In this document: positions 1-10,162 of the stretch, in pieces
Numbering within the stretch: the stretch's first letter is position 1
Layout of the letters: every line of letters begins with the position of its first letter
From: Treponema sp.
Lineage (GTDB): Bacteria > Spirochaetota > Spirochaetia > Treponematales > Breznakiellaceae
Reading direction: 5' to 3'
Length of the DNA: 64,000 nt
NCBI GenBank assembly: GCA_031256195.1
Contig: JAIRRB010000037.1
Span: 3,473 to 67,472 of the forward strand
Made by a program: the position numbers and the translations under genes
The notes under the pieces: generated by a model
The model's input: only the letters and a program-made list of their open reading frames with translations
The model's database searches: none
What the model was told of the DNA's origin: nothing

Positions 1-616
1 TGTTTTTATTACCAGCGGCCTGTATGAGCTGTTGGCGGGCAAAGGGATTGAGGATATTTTACCGCTGGAAATTACCGGGAAAAAGATAATTTCCGATACC
101 TTTACCAACAGCGGTTTCGGCCAGAACAACAGCGCTTTTGTAAAAGCCACCGGGCCGGTGACAATGCCCCATATCGCCTACAATGAAAACGACTTGTGGG
201 TGCTTTCTTCCGCGCTGACGCCTTTTTCCAGTCATCCCCTGTTACTGTGCGGCACTTACGGGAAAGGCCGCTTATATGTGCTGACAATCCCCGATACGCC
301 GGCTGATTTATACAAACTTCCCGCCGAAACGCTTACGCTGCTGCGGAGAGAATTAAAGCTGCCCGTAACGCTGGAATGTTCAAGCCGCATAGGTCTGTTC
401 CTTTACGATAACGATACGTTTATTCTGCAGTCGTTTTTGGACCGGCCTGAACATACGCGCGTAAGCATTGGCCGGTCCGGCGTGTCGCTGATACCGCTGA
501 CAAAAATGCGTCCGCCGGAAAAAGCGCGTTCAAAAGAGAACGAGAGCGTGTTCGATGTGTTTTTAATGCCGGGCCATTACGCCGCGTTCAAAATTACCGC
601 AGATTCCGGCGGGTAA
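1..616 (+). CDS. Hypothetical protein, C-terminal part (5' end outside window); possibly glycan-related
   Basis: Frame is open from position 2 (VFITSGLYELLAGKGIEDI...) to TAA at 614-616; no diagnostic motif recognised. Confidence 0.6.
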   Translation, partial: VFITSGLYELLAGKGIEDILPLEITGKKIISDTFTNSGFGQNNSAFVKATGPVTMPHIAYNENDLWVLSSALTPFSSHPLLLCGTYGKGRLYVLTIPDTPADLYKLPAETLTLLRRELKLPVTLECSSRIGLFLYDNDTFILQSFLDRPEHTRVSIGRSGVSLIPLTKMRPPEKARSKENESVFDVFLMPGHYAAFKITADSGG

Positions 617-645
617 TTGACAACATATCCGCATACCGTCACTAT
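617..645 (+). promoter_or_regulatory. Putative sigma70 promoter of the sensor kinase operon
   Basis: TTGACA (617-622), 17 nt spacer, CACTAT (640-645); ATG at 655 with no Shine-Dalgarno. Confidence 0.5.
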
Positions 646-654
646 ATATAAAAA

Positions 655-2268
655 ATGACGGATTCAAGGATTGGGGGAAGAATACAAAAATATTCTTCCG
701 GCTTCCGTAATTATCTTGATTTCCTCAAAATCGACAAAAAACTGCTGACGGTGTGTATCCTTTCATTGTTTGTACCCATTATGCTCAGTGGCATCTATTT
801 TTTAACCAGTTTCGCGAAGCTCACCAGGGAAAATGAATTCCGGCAGGCCCGGAACAATGTGGAAAAAATGGAAAATCAACTGGTTGAGACGCTGGGCAAA
901 GCGGTGGACATCGCAAACCGCATTTATGCCAATCCCCATATTCAGCGAACCGTAGCGGCTGAATATGAAAGTCCGCTTGAGATATACAACGCCTACGGTG
1001 ATATTTATTTTTTTGATGATTATCTGCGCTCCTACAAGGAAATAGCCGGAATCCGCCTGTATGTTGAAAACCCTACCATGCTGGATAATTCGTATTTTAT
1101 TGTTACCGATGATGAAGTGCGCCGCGAAAGCTGGTACGAAACCGCCAAGGCTCTGGACGGGAAAATGTTCTGGACATACCGCCATGACGCGATACGCCGT
1201 CTGGAATATATTTCCCTGATACGGCAGATACGGAATACCACCACCGGCGCCCATGTCGGAATACTGTGCATTCATCTGGACATGAAAAGCCTGGAACAGA
1301 TTTGCGCCGCAGAACTGCACGATACCCTCATTTCCCTGAACGGCAGGGTAATATATCCGGCAGGCCAAAGCAGGGACAATTTTACCGGGGCCGGTAACTG
1401 GATTATTACCAATTCATTTACACCCCGGTCAACCCTGAACAGTATTTTTGACATAACCTATATTATCCCCCGCAAGACCCTTTTTCTTCCGGTTTATTCC
1501 ATGATACGAAAAAGCCTGGTCATTATTTTTGTCAGCCTGGCGGTTTCATTAATTTTTATTCTGCAGATAGTCAATGAAGTGTATGTTCAAAAACTGCAAA
1601 AGGAACAATTATTTTCCCATCAAAAAGAAATGCAGCTTAAAATTCTTTCCAGCCAGATTAATCCGCACTTTCTTTATAATACGCTGGAAACAATCCGCAT
1701 GATGGCGCTGGGAAAAAAAGAAACAACCATTGCCGCTACCATCAAAATGCTTTCCCAGCTTTTGCGCCAAAGCCTTTCCGCAAATGACAAAACCATCCCC
1801 CTGGAAAAAGAACTTGAGCTGGTGCGGAATTATCTTGCGATTCAAAAACTGCGTTTCAGCAACAGGATGGATTATTCCCTGGATACGGAGCCCGGTCTGG
1901 GCGGCTGCAGCATCCTTCCCCTTTTGGTTCAGCCCCTGGTTGAGAATTCCCTTATTCACGGACTGGAAACCAAACCGGAAGGCGGTTATATCCGAATCTC
2001 CGTAAAACCAAAAGACAAAACGCTGTGTATTGATGTCAGCGATAACGGAACCGGCATGGAGCCGGAATATCTGGAAAAACTCCGCGGCGAGCTTGTTTCC
2101 GGTGAAGACGCCGCGGACGGCCGGATAGGGCTTGTCAATGTAAACCGGCGGATAAAATTATATTACGGCCCCGGTTTTGGATTGTCACTGTCCGAAAACA
2201 CCGGAAAGGGGATTAAAGTTAATATGATAATTCCTTTAGTCAGGGAGAACGTATCAGGCCCATGCTAA
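655..2268 (+). CDS. YesM/LytS-type sensor histidine kinase
   Basis: Two TM segments around an extracytoplasmic domain, SQINPHFLYNTLE H-box, QPLVENSLIHG N-box, DNGTG and GIGL-like (RIGL) G-boxes. Confidence 0.93.
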   Translation: MTDSRIGGRIQKYSSGFRNYLDFLKIDKKLLTVCILSLFVPIMLSGIYFLTSFAKLTRENEFRQARNNVEKMENQLVETLGKAVDIANRIYANPHIQRTVAAEYESPLEIYNAYGDIYFFDDYLRSYKEIAGIRLYVENPTMLDNSYFIVTDDEVRRESWYETAKALDGKMFWTYRHDAIRRLEYISLIRQIRNTTTGAHVGILCIHLDMKSLEQICAAELHDTLISLNGRVIYPAGQSRDNFTGAGNWIITNSFTPRSTLNSIFDITYIIPRKTLFLPVYSMIRKSLVIIFVSLAVSLIFILQIVNEVYVQKLQKEQLFSHQKEMQLKILSSQINPHFLYNTLETIRMMALGKKETTIAATIKMLSQLLRQSLSANDKTIPLEKELELVRNYLAIQKLRFSNRMDYSLDTEPGLGGCSILPLLVQPLVENSLIHGLETKPEGGYIRISVKPKDKTLCIDVSDNGTGMEPEYLEKLRGELVSGEDAADGRIGLVNVNRRIKLYYGPGFGLSLSENTGKGIKVNMIIPLVRENVSGPC

Positions 2269-3764
2269 AACTCCTTATTGTTGACGATGAACTGATAATC
2301 CGCAATGGAATCCGCGGGATTATTGACTGGACTCAGTACGGGTACGAAATCTGCGGCGAAGCGGAAGACGGGCCTTCCGCGGTTGAAACAATTCTGAAAC
2401 TACAACCTGATTTGGTATTGCTTGATTTACACCTTCCCGGATTTTCGGGGCTGGAAGTAGTCAAAAAAACAAGGGCGGACAGCACCGATAACAAAAATAT
2501 TCATTTCCTTATCATCACCGGTTACGCTGAATTTGAATATGTCAAGGAAGCGATTAATCTTGATGTTGACGGGTACATTGAAAAACCCATTGACGAAAAT
2601 ATTCTGACAGAAAGAATTACCAGCATTGCGAAAAAAATTAAAATGAAAGACCCGGAAGAACACCGGCAGATGCAATTCCGTGAAATTATGGAAGGAGGAT
2701 ATAAAGAAGAAATAAACGGCCCCCTGTGCTTTAACAGCGAATATGTTCAGGCTGTTTTTGTATCTGTTGAAAATCAGCCGTCAGAAGAAGCGGCCCGGCA
2801 GATGCAAATATTGAGGAATTTTTTTCAAAAAGATATTTGCCATATTTTTCCCTACAAGGAATTTACGGTATTCCTGTTTGAAGATATGCCCGAAACCGCC
2901 ATTAAACGCCTGCTGGAAGATTTTTGCGATTATCTGGAAAAAAACGGGGCTTGCTGCGCCGTTACTCTGGGAAGCCGCTACCGGGAAGAAAAGGTACAGC
3001 CCGGTTCCGGCATACAAAAAACCTGCCGGGAAGCCGAAAAATTAATGGAAAATATTTTTTTCTACCGGGGGAAAAAGTATCTTTCCCTTGATGACCTGCG
3101 GGACAAAAAAAGCGCCGGGCCGGATTGGGACAATGATGAAACGGTAAAAAAACTCTGCTCCTATATACAGGCTGTAGACCTGAAAAGAATACGGTCATTC
3201 TTTGAGGAACTGGAGGCCTCTTTTTTCCGTTCGGGAAAAAAGCCGCAGGAAATACGGCAGGAATGTATGGAATTAATGATAGAAGTTCACGGCGAACTTC
3301 TGAAAAAATTTCCGGCTCTCAGGGAAAAGCCGGGAACCGGCAGGGAAACCCTTGACGCCATAATGAGGCAGCGTTATCTGGGAGTTATTGTCGATACCAT
3401 GACAGAATCATGCCTGCAGATAAGCGGTAGCCTGCCCCTTCTGTCCGCCGATTTAAGTTTCCAGCGCATCATAAGTTATGTGAAGAACAATTACAATGAA
3501 GATTTAAGCCTGGAAACCCTGGGACAGCTCTTTTATTATAATGGCGCGTATTTGGGAAAGCGTTTTAAGGAATTTACGGGAAAAAATTTTCATACCTACC
3601 TGGATACGCTGAGAATAGACGCGGCAAAAGAAATGTTGCAGAATACCGATATGAAAGTTTACGAAATATCCAGCGCGGTGGGTTACGCCAATACGGATTA
3701 CTTTTACAGTAAATTCAAAAAATATACCGGAAAAAGCCCGATGGTACTGAGGAAAGAAGAATGA
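2262..3764 (+). CDS. YesN-type response regulator (receiver + AraC HTH)
   Basis: LLIVDDE...LLDLHLPGFSG receiver domain; C-terminal AraC motif (LRIDAAKEML...VGYANTDYFYSKFKKYTGKSP). Confidence 0.95.
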   Translation: MLKLLIVDDELIIRNGIRGIIDWTQYGYEICGEAEDGPSAVETILKLQPDLVLLDLHLPGFSGLEVVKKTRADSTDNKNIHFLIITGYAEFEYVKEAINLDVDGYIEKPIDENILTERITSIAKKIKMKDPEEHRQMQFREIMEGGYKEEINGPLCFNSEYVQAVFVSVENQPSEEAARQMQILRNFFQKDICHIFPYKEFTVFLFEDMPETAIKRLLEDFCDYLEKNGACCAVTLGSRYREEKVQPGSGIQKTCREAEKLMENIFFYRGKKYLSLDDLRDKKSAGPDWDNDETVKKLCSYIQAVDLKRIRSFFEELEASFFRSGKKPQEIRQECMELMIEVHGELLKKFPALREKPGTGRETLDAIMRQRYLGVIVDTMTESCLQISGSLPLLSADLSFQRIISYVKNNYNEDLSLETLGQLFYYNGAYLGKRFKEFTGKNFHTYLDTLRIDAAKEMLQNTDMKVYEISSAVGYANTDYFYSKFKKYTGKSPMVLRKEE

Positions 3765-5407
3765 AGCGCACGATGTTTTTTGCCGCCGCCGCGGCAGTGG
3801 TCCTGTTGGCAGGCTGCGCGAAAAGCGGGTCTGCGGTTTCCACCGCGGGGACCAAAAAGCCCGTCAATTTCACTTTTTTCACGGTAGACGCGATAGATGA
3901 CATGGTTTTTGACGATCCGGTGGCAAAAATGATTACCAAAGCTACGGGAGTTACCCTGACGGTGGATCGTCCGCTGGGCGGAGACCAGCAGGCCATTCCC
4001 CTGATGATCGCGTCCGGCCAATATCCGGACTTAATCTACGCCAAGGGAAATTTAGCTATGCTCATTGAAGCGGGAGCGGTCATAGCCCTTGATGACCTGA
4101 TTGAAAACAGGGGAAAATATATAAAGGAACTTTACGGGGATCAACTGGTACGGCTGCGGAATTCCACACAGGACCCTCATATTTACACGGTGGGCACTTA
4201 TGATGTAACAAGCGGCATCTGGAAAACAGACGGAACCATGCAGCTTCAGCACGCGGTGTTAAAGGAACTGGGTTATCCCCGCATGAAAACTCTTGATGAC
4301 TATGAAAAAGCGATAAAGGCCTATATGGCAAAATATCCGGCAATCAACGGGCAAAAAACCATCGGCCTTTCTTTGCTTATTGATACATGGCAGTGGTATA
4401 TCGGCCTGTCCAATCCTTCCTGCGCCCTCCTCGGACACCCCGATGACGGTCAATGGCTTGTTGACCAGCACACGCTGGAGGCCCGGTACAAATTTCTGCA
4501 TCCCGATACCAAACACTTTTACCAGTGGCTTAACCGTATGAACGCCGAAGGAATCCTTGACCCTGAATCGTTTATCCAGAAGGAGGATATCTGGAAAGCG
4601 AAAATCGCCGCCGGCAGGGTATTGGGGCTTACCTATCCCTTGTGGGGTTATGCCGATTCCCGTACTTCATTGGTTAACAATAATATGCAGGAGAGAACCT
4701 ATGCCTATCTTCCCATCATGCTTGATGAAAGCTATCAATGCGTCGCCCTGAAAGACTACGGGTTTGGCGGAGGCTGGGGCATCGCCATTTCCGCCGCCTG
4801 TAAAGACCCCGAACGGGCTTTTGAATTTCTGGACTGGATGTGCAGCGAGGAAGCCCAGATACTGATTAACTGGGGTATCGAAGAAGTGAATTATACCGTT
4901 GTTGACGGAAAGCGGATTGTACCGGATGAAGAACAGAACCGGGCCAAAACAGACCCTGATTACGAAAAGAAAACCGGAGTGGGCCGGTGGAGTTATCCCT
5001 TCCCCATGCGGGGCCGGGGTTATATTGATTCTACCGGAAATTTTAATACCAGAGACAGCCCGCACCGAATCAAAGATCAGGAGTACCTGGATACCGAAAA
5101 AGAAACACTGGCGGCATACGGTGCGGAAATGTGGACAGACCTCTTCCCTTCCACGGAATCTCTGGGCGGGTCAAAATATGGTCAGGCCTGGCAATATACC
5201 CTGCCGCCGGGCGTAAACGCGGTCATTACCGAGGCGGACAATTACATGAAAAACGCCCTGGCAACCGCTGTTCTGGGAGAACCCGCGAATTTTGAATCTC
5301 AGTGGCGAAAAATCGTTCAGGATTTACACAGGATTGGCATCGAAGACGCGGGTATGGCCCTGACGGAAAGAATTAGGGATAAAATAGAATTGTGGAGCGG
5401 AAAATGA
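3761..5407 (+). CDS. ABC transporter solute-binding lipoprotein (LplA-like, oligosaccharide)
   Basis: Lipobox LLAGC; LMIASGQYPDLI and KDPERAFEFLDWM motifs of carbohydrate SBPs; overlaps the regulator stop (ATGA). Confidence 0.9.
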   Translation: MKRTMFFAAAAAVVLLAGCAKSGSAVSTAGTKKPVNFTFFTVDAIDDMVFDDPVAKMITKATGVTLTVDRPLGGDQQAIPLMIASGQYPDLIYAKGNLAMLIEAGAVIALDDLIENRGKYIKELYGDQLVRLRNSTQDPHIYTVGTYDVTSGIWKTDGTMQLQHAVLKELGYPRMKTLDDYEKAIKAYMAKYPAINGQKTIGLSLLIDTWQWYIGLSNPSCALLGHPDDGQWLVDQHTLEARYKFLHPDTKHFYQWLNRMNAEGILDPESFIQKEDIWKAKIAAGRVLGLTYPLWGYADSRTSLVNNNMQERTYAYLPIMLDESYQCVALKDYGFGGGWGIAISAACKDPERAFEFLDWMCSEEAQILINWGIEEVNYTVVDGKRIVPDEEQNRAKTDPDYEKKTGVGRWSYPFPMRGRGYIDSTGNFNTRDSPHRIKDQEYLDTEKETLAAYGAEMWTDLFPSTESLGGSKYGQAWQYTLPPGVNAVITEADNYMKNALATAVLGEPANFESQWRKIVQDLHRIGIEDAGMALTERIRDKIELWSGK

Positions 5408-7428
5408 ACAAAATCCTTTATGGCGGGGACTATAACCCCGAACAATGGCCACCGGAAACATGGCGGGAAGATATGCGGCTTCTGGGCATGGCGGGAATCG
5501 ACATACTGACGATCAATGTTTTCAGTTGGGCGGCATTGCAGCCTTCGGAAAACGAATATAATTTTTCCGTTCTTGACGCGATAATTGAAACCATAAGCGC
5601 CGCCGGCATGAAGATATGTCTGGCTACGGGAACGGCAACCCACCCCGCGTGGATGGCCCGCAAATACCCCGAGGTGCTGCGCGTAAATTCAGACGGCTCC
5701 AAACGCAAATTCGGCGGACGGCAGAATTCCTGCCCCAACAGTCCCCGGTACCGTAGCTATTCGGCGCTGCTGGCGCGGAAACTGGCGGAGCGTTACGGCA
5801 AACTGGACAACCTGATTGCCTGGCATATCTCCAATGAATACAGCGGCTATTGTTACTGTGAAACCTGCGAAAAAGCTTTCCGCACATGGCTGATGCGAAA
5901 ATATCAAACCATTGAAGCGCTCAATGAAGCCTGGAACACTCACTTCTGGGGACATACCTATTATGACTGGGATGATATTGTCATCCCCGGTCATTTAAGC
6001 GAAGAATGGGGGGGAAACCGTAGCACCTGTCAAATCCAGTCAATTGATTTCAGGCGTTTCAATTCCGACAGCCTGCTGGACTGTTATCTCGCCGAAGCGA
6101 AAGTTTTAAAAGAACTCACTCCCCATATTCCGGTAACGACCAACATGATGGGAACTTTTTGGGATTTGGATTATCAAAAGTGGGGAAAAAAACTGGACTT
6201 TATCTCATGGGACAATTACCCTTCGCCGGGGACTCCGTATACCCGCATCGCCATGAACCACGCGCTTATGCGCGGCTGCGGGGATGGCAAGCCTTTTTTC
6301 CTGATGGAACAAACCCCCAGCGTTACCAACTGGCAGCCCTATAATTCACTCAAGCGGCCCGGCGTTATGCGATTATGGAGTTATCAGGCCCTTGCCCACG
6401 GCTCTGACACGGTGATGTTTTTTCAGATGCGCCGCTCGCGCGGCTGCTGCGAAAAATTTCACGGGGCGGTTATCGATCATTACGGCAATGAAAATACCCG
6501 TGTATTCCGGGAAACCGCCGCCCTGGGAGCGGAATTAAAAAAACTGGGAGATTCCTTTTCGGGTAGCCGTCTTGAATCGCCGGCGGCAGTCCTTTTTGAC
6601 TGGGATAACTGGTGGGCCTCGTCTTTGTCCGCAGGCCCCACGGTAAACATGAATTATCCCGAAGAAGTATTCCGTTTTTATGATGCTCTGGCAAGGCACA
6701 ATATTTCCGTGGATGTAATCGGCATTGATACCCCGCTGGATACCTATAAAATCCTCTGCGCTCCAATTCTTTACATGATTAAACCGGGCTTTGCGGATAA
6801 ATTAAAAGCGTTTGTCGAGCGGGGCGGCATAGTGGTTACCACTTATTTTTCCGGCATGGCAAATGAACATGATGCGGTTACCCTGGAAGGCTACCCCGGC
6901 GAACTGCGTTCCCTGTGCGGCCTGTGGGTGGAAGAAACCGACGCCCTACCAACAGACCAGTTGAACAGACTAGTCTGTTCAACTGGTCTGTTGGCCGACA
7001 GCCCGCTGGCAGGAACATGGAAAACGGATTTACTCTGCGACATAATCCACACCGAGGGCGCCCAAACCATTGCCCATTACGGGGATGATTTTTACGCCGG
7101 AACTCCCGCCCTTTGCCGCAATCATTACGGCAAGGGCCAGGTCTGGTACTTTGGTTCACGGCCCGAAATGCCGTTTTTGGACCGCTTTATCGCGGTAATC
7201 TGCGGCGAATGCGGAATAGAGCCGGTATTCCCTCCGCAGCACGGTATTGAAGCGACCCGCCGGATAAAGGGCGAAAAAGAATATATCTTTGTGTTGAATC
7301 ACGATAAAACCGAAACTACCGTTGTCATTCCCTTTGACTGCCGGGACCTGCTTACCGATAAACAATTCGCCCCCGGCGATTGCTGTTCCCTTCCCGTGAC
7401 CGGAGTGCTGATTTTGGAAAAAGGGTAA
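5404..7428 (+). CDS. Beta-galactosidase, GH42
   Basis: YGGDYNPEQW, WHISNEY (acid/base), LMEQTP (nucleophile), EKFHGAV; ATG 5404 overlaps SBP TGA; no signal peptide. Confidence 0.96.
   Translation: MNKILYGGDYNPEQWPPETWREDMRLLGMAGIDILTINVFSWAALQPSENEYNFSVLDAIIETISAAGMKICLATGTATHPAWMARKYPEVLRVNSDGSKRKFGGRQNSCPNSPRYRSYSALLARKLAERYGKLDNLIAWHISNEYSGYCYCETCEKAFRTWLMRKYQTIEALNEAWNTHFWGHTYYDWDDIVIPGHLSEEWGGNRSTCQIQSIDFRRFNSDSLLDCYLAEAKVLKELTPHIPVTTNMMGTFWDLDYQKWGKKLDFISWDNYPSPGTPYTRIAMNHALMRGCGDGKPFFLMEQTPSVTNWQPYNSLKRPGVMRLWSYQALAHGSDTVMFFQMRRSRGCCEKFHGAVIDHYGNENTRVFRETAALGAELKKLGDSFSGSRLESPAAVLFDWDNWWASSLSAGPTVNMNYPEEVFRFYDALARHNISVDVIGIDTPLDTYKILCAPILYMIKPGFADKLKAFVERGGIVVTTYFSGMANEHDAVTLEGYPGELRSLCGLWVEETDALPTDQLNRLVCSTGLLADSPLAGTWKTDLLCDIIHTEGAQTIAHYGDDFYAGTPALCRNHYGKGQVWYFGSRPEMPFLDRFIAVICGECGIEPVFPPQHGIEATRRIKGEKEYIFVLNHDKTETTVVIPFDCRDLLTDKQFAPGDCCSLPVTGVLILEKG
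6949..6994. repeat. Perfect 46-bp palindrome inside the GH42 CDS
   Basis: ccaacagaccagttgaacagact|agtctgttcaactggtctgttgg; both strands read PTDQLNRLVCSTGLL. Confidence 0.95.
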
Positions 7429-7437
7429 TAGAGGGAA

Positions 7438-7809
7438 TTACATTCCGCGCAGTTCGTTATCAAGGCGGGCTTTTGTTTCATTGTCAATAATATGCTGGTC
7501 AAGTAAAACGCCGTTCAGAATGCCCAAATAGTTTTTGAGATGTCCAAAATGATTGAGCTCTATTGCCTCTATCTTGGCCTCCAATTTATAAAAGTTGGCC
7601 TCTATTGCCTCTATCTTGACCTCCAGCTTATCAAAGCGTTTTTCGAGGGAACTACCCAGAACAGTCTGCTTGAAACCATATTTGATAAAATTTAGGCCAT
7701 GCCGGGAAAAGCCTATGGCAAAGATTATACCTGCTGCCAAAAGAAACAGCATCGCCGCTATAGGGGGGAGATTATTCATTATATCGGATAAGACATCCCA
7801 TCCGGTCAT
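7438..7809 (-). CDS. Small membrane-anchored coiled-coil protein with an internal 14-aa repeat
   Basis: One TM helix, then KLEVKIEAIEANFY/KLEAKIEAIELNHF (42-bp period at 7558 and 7600); upstream TTGCCT-N17-TATATT promoter-like motif. Confidence 0.75.
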   Translation of the reverse strand: MTGWDVLSDIMNNLPPIAAMLFLLAAGIIFAIGFSRHGLNFIKYGFKQTVLGSSLEKRFDKLEVKIEAIEANFYKLEAKIEAIELNHFGHLKNYLGILNGVLLDQHIIDNETKARLDNELRGM

Positions 7810-7878
7810 TTTTCAACCTTCATTAAGGATAATATACCGTTTTTCAGGAAAAAAGGCAAGTTATTTATTGGAAGTTGT

Positions 7879-10131
7879 TCAGAACCTGTTGGCTATTTCG
7901 GTTTCCCCCGACTCCAGTACCAGTTCCTGCCGTTTGATTCCGCTGCGAATTAAAACCGGGAGCGCCTTTCCGTTGTTGCGTATAACGAGTGAAACAAGCC
8001 GCCCGTCCTGCCATGCAAGGTCAAGTTCCAGGTTTCCCTTTGCCCGCACCCCTTTCAGGCGGCCCGCCGCCCAGCTCTGCGGCAGGGCGGGAAGCAAATC
8101 AAGCAGCGCCTCGGCGGCGTTTGTATCACGGTAACGGATGCGGCTCTGAACGAGCATCTGGGTCATTCCCGCCAGCGCGCCGAAGTTGCCGTCAATCTGA
8201 AAGGGCGGGCCGTCGTTAAAAAGATTCGGCAGGGTAAATTCGGCGAACAGGGCATCAAGATTTTCCCGGGCGGCTTCGCCGTCTTTCAGCCGCGCCATAA
8301 AATTGATCAGCCAGGCCCGGCTCCAGCCGGTATGTCCCCCGCTGTGGGCAAGGCGGCGTTCCAGGGTTTTACGGGCGGCGCAGGCCAAATCGGGCGTTTC
8401 ATCTACCGTAATGGAGTCTCCGGGCCACAGGCCCCATAAATGGGAAAAATGGCGGTGGCCCGGCTCGGCTTCCTCATAGTCTTCATGCCACTCGCGGATG
8501 GTTCCGTTAGACTGAACCGCCGCGGGGGCTATACGGCCATGCATGGAGCGGAATAATTCCGTGTCGTTATCTGCAATTCCCAGAATTTCCGCCGCGCGGA
8601 TATTTACCTCAAACAACTTTCGCACAATCTGACTGTCCATTTCACAACCGGCGCACAGGCTTGCGGCCTCTCCGTTATGCATAAAACTGTTTTCCGGCGA
8701 GGATGACGGGGAAACAATCAGATACGGCTCTCCCGCTCCGTTTTTCTGTTTACCCGGAACAAGAAAATCGGTAAAAAACAGGCCGGCTTCCTTTAACAGA
8801 TAAAAATATTTTTTTAAGGATTCCCTGTCCTGGGTATACTCGTAATGCTCCCAAATATGCAGTGAAAGCCATGCCGCGCCCAGAACCCAATACGACGCGG
8901 GTATCCAGTAATCGCGGGGAGCGGTATCGCCCCAGATATCGGTATTGTGATGGGCGGCAAAACCCCGGCAGCCGTACATCAGCGCGGCGGTTTTTTTTCC
9001 GTTGGGGTACATTCGTTCAAGCAAATCAAACAGCGGCTCTTCGGTTTCCGCCAAATTGCACATGCAACCGGGCCAGTAGTTCATTTGGGTATTGATGTTG
9101 ATTGTATAATCCGAACCCCAGGGCGGGTCAAAATGAGGATTCCACAGGCCCTGCAAATTCGCGGGTAAAGTGCCGGGTCTGCTGCACGAGATGAGTAGAT
9201 AACGGCAGAAATTAAAATATTGTACGGCGTTTTCACCGCCCTCTATCTCCAGTTCCAGACGGCCGTACCATGCCTGATATTCGGCGATATGTTCCGCCAG
9301 CAATTTTTCCCATGAATCGTTGGCAACACGATTAATACCGGCAATGCAGGCGGCGGTGTAATCCGTTTCCCGAAAACCGGTACGAATATCGGCAAACAGC
9401 AGGGCTTCATCGGCTTGTTCTACCGTAATAAAGCCGCCCCGGCTCCGCTGTGTCCCGCCCTTCTGTACAACTTTTATCATCGCGCAAAAAGGAATGTCCC
9501 CATCGCGGCCTATAAAAGCGGTATCTTCAATGTTTCCCTTGCGGTCATACAAAACACCCCGGTCAAGACCGGCGCGAAAAGCGATTTTACCGGGCAATGG
9601 CTTACCGTTTACGGAAGCGGCGCTGAACCGGAGCGCCAGCAAACCGGCGGGCGCGGAAATAAAACATTCCCGGGTAAATACCACGCCGTCATATTCAAAA
9701 GAAAGGGTGTACAGGGCCCGGCGTATATCCAGTTCCCGGCGGTAACGGCGAACGCCGGTTAACAGCGGACCGCCGCGAGTCCCCGACCAGGGATGGCCAA
9801 AGCCGCCGTTAGGGGAAAAACTGATGTGCAGTTCGCCGGCGGTCTGATACACCCGTTGGGCCGGAGGGATACCGCTCAAACTTTCAAGGCACAGGTCTTC
9901 CGCTTCACGAATGCGGCCCTCGTTTATCAGCCGCCGTATCGCGGGAAGGGCTTCCCGCGCCGCAGGGTTATTGCGGTCGCGGCTGGGGCCGGACCAGATT
10001 GAATCCTCGTTTAACTGGATTTTCTCCCGGTCCGGCGAACCGAATATCATGGCCCCCAGCCTGCCGTTCCCCAGAGGCAAGGCTTCTTCCCACCGGGCGG
10101 CAGGGGAATCAAAAATAACCGTATCAGTCAA
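7879..10131 (-). CDS. Alpha-1,2-L-fucosidase, GH95
   Basis: WEEALPLGNGRLGAM, PANLQGLWN, YTININTQMNYW, HRHFSHL, GHTGWSRAW, PPFQIDGNFG; start moved to TTG 10131 to avoid overlap with the upstream SBP (start uncertain). Confidence 0.93.
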   Translation of the reverse strand: MTDTVIFDSPAARWEEALPLGNGRLGAMIFGSPDREKIQLNEDSIWSGPSRDRNNPAAREALPAIRRLINEGRIREAEDLCLESLSGIPPAQRVYQTAGELHISFSPNGGFGHPWSGTRGGPLLTGVRRYRRELDIRRALYTLSFEYDGVVFTRECFISAPAGLLALRFSAASVNGKPLPGKIAFRAGLDRGVLYDRKGNIEDTAFIGRDGDIPFCAMIKVVQKGGTQRSRGGFITVEQADEALLFADIRTGFRETDYTAACIAGINRVANDSWEKLLAEHIAEYQAWYGRLELEIEGGENAVQYFNFCRYLLISCSRPGTLPANLQGLWNPHFDPPWGSDYTININTQMNYWPGCMCNLAETEEPLFDLLERMYPNGKKTAALMYGCRGFAAHHNTDIWGDTAPRDYWIPASYWVLGAAWLSLHIWEHYEYTQDRESLKKYFYLLKEAGLFFTDFLVPGKQKNGAGEPYLIVSPSSSPENSFMHNGEAASLCAGCEMDSQIVRKLFEVNIRAAEILGIADNDTELFRSMHGRIAPAAVQSNGTIREWHEDYEEAEPGHRHFSHLWGLWPGDSITVDETPDLACAARKTLERRLAHSGGHTGWSRAWLINFMARLKDGEAARENLDALFAEFTLPNLFNDGPPFQIDGNFGALAGMTQMLVQSRIRYRDTNAAEALLDLLPALPQSWAAGRLKGVRAKGNLELDLAWQDGRLVSLVIRNNGKALPVLIRSGIKRQELVLESGETEIANRF

Positions 10132-10162
10132 GGCAGCCGCACCGCATAACGCCCCTGCCGCT

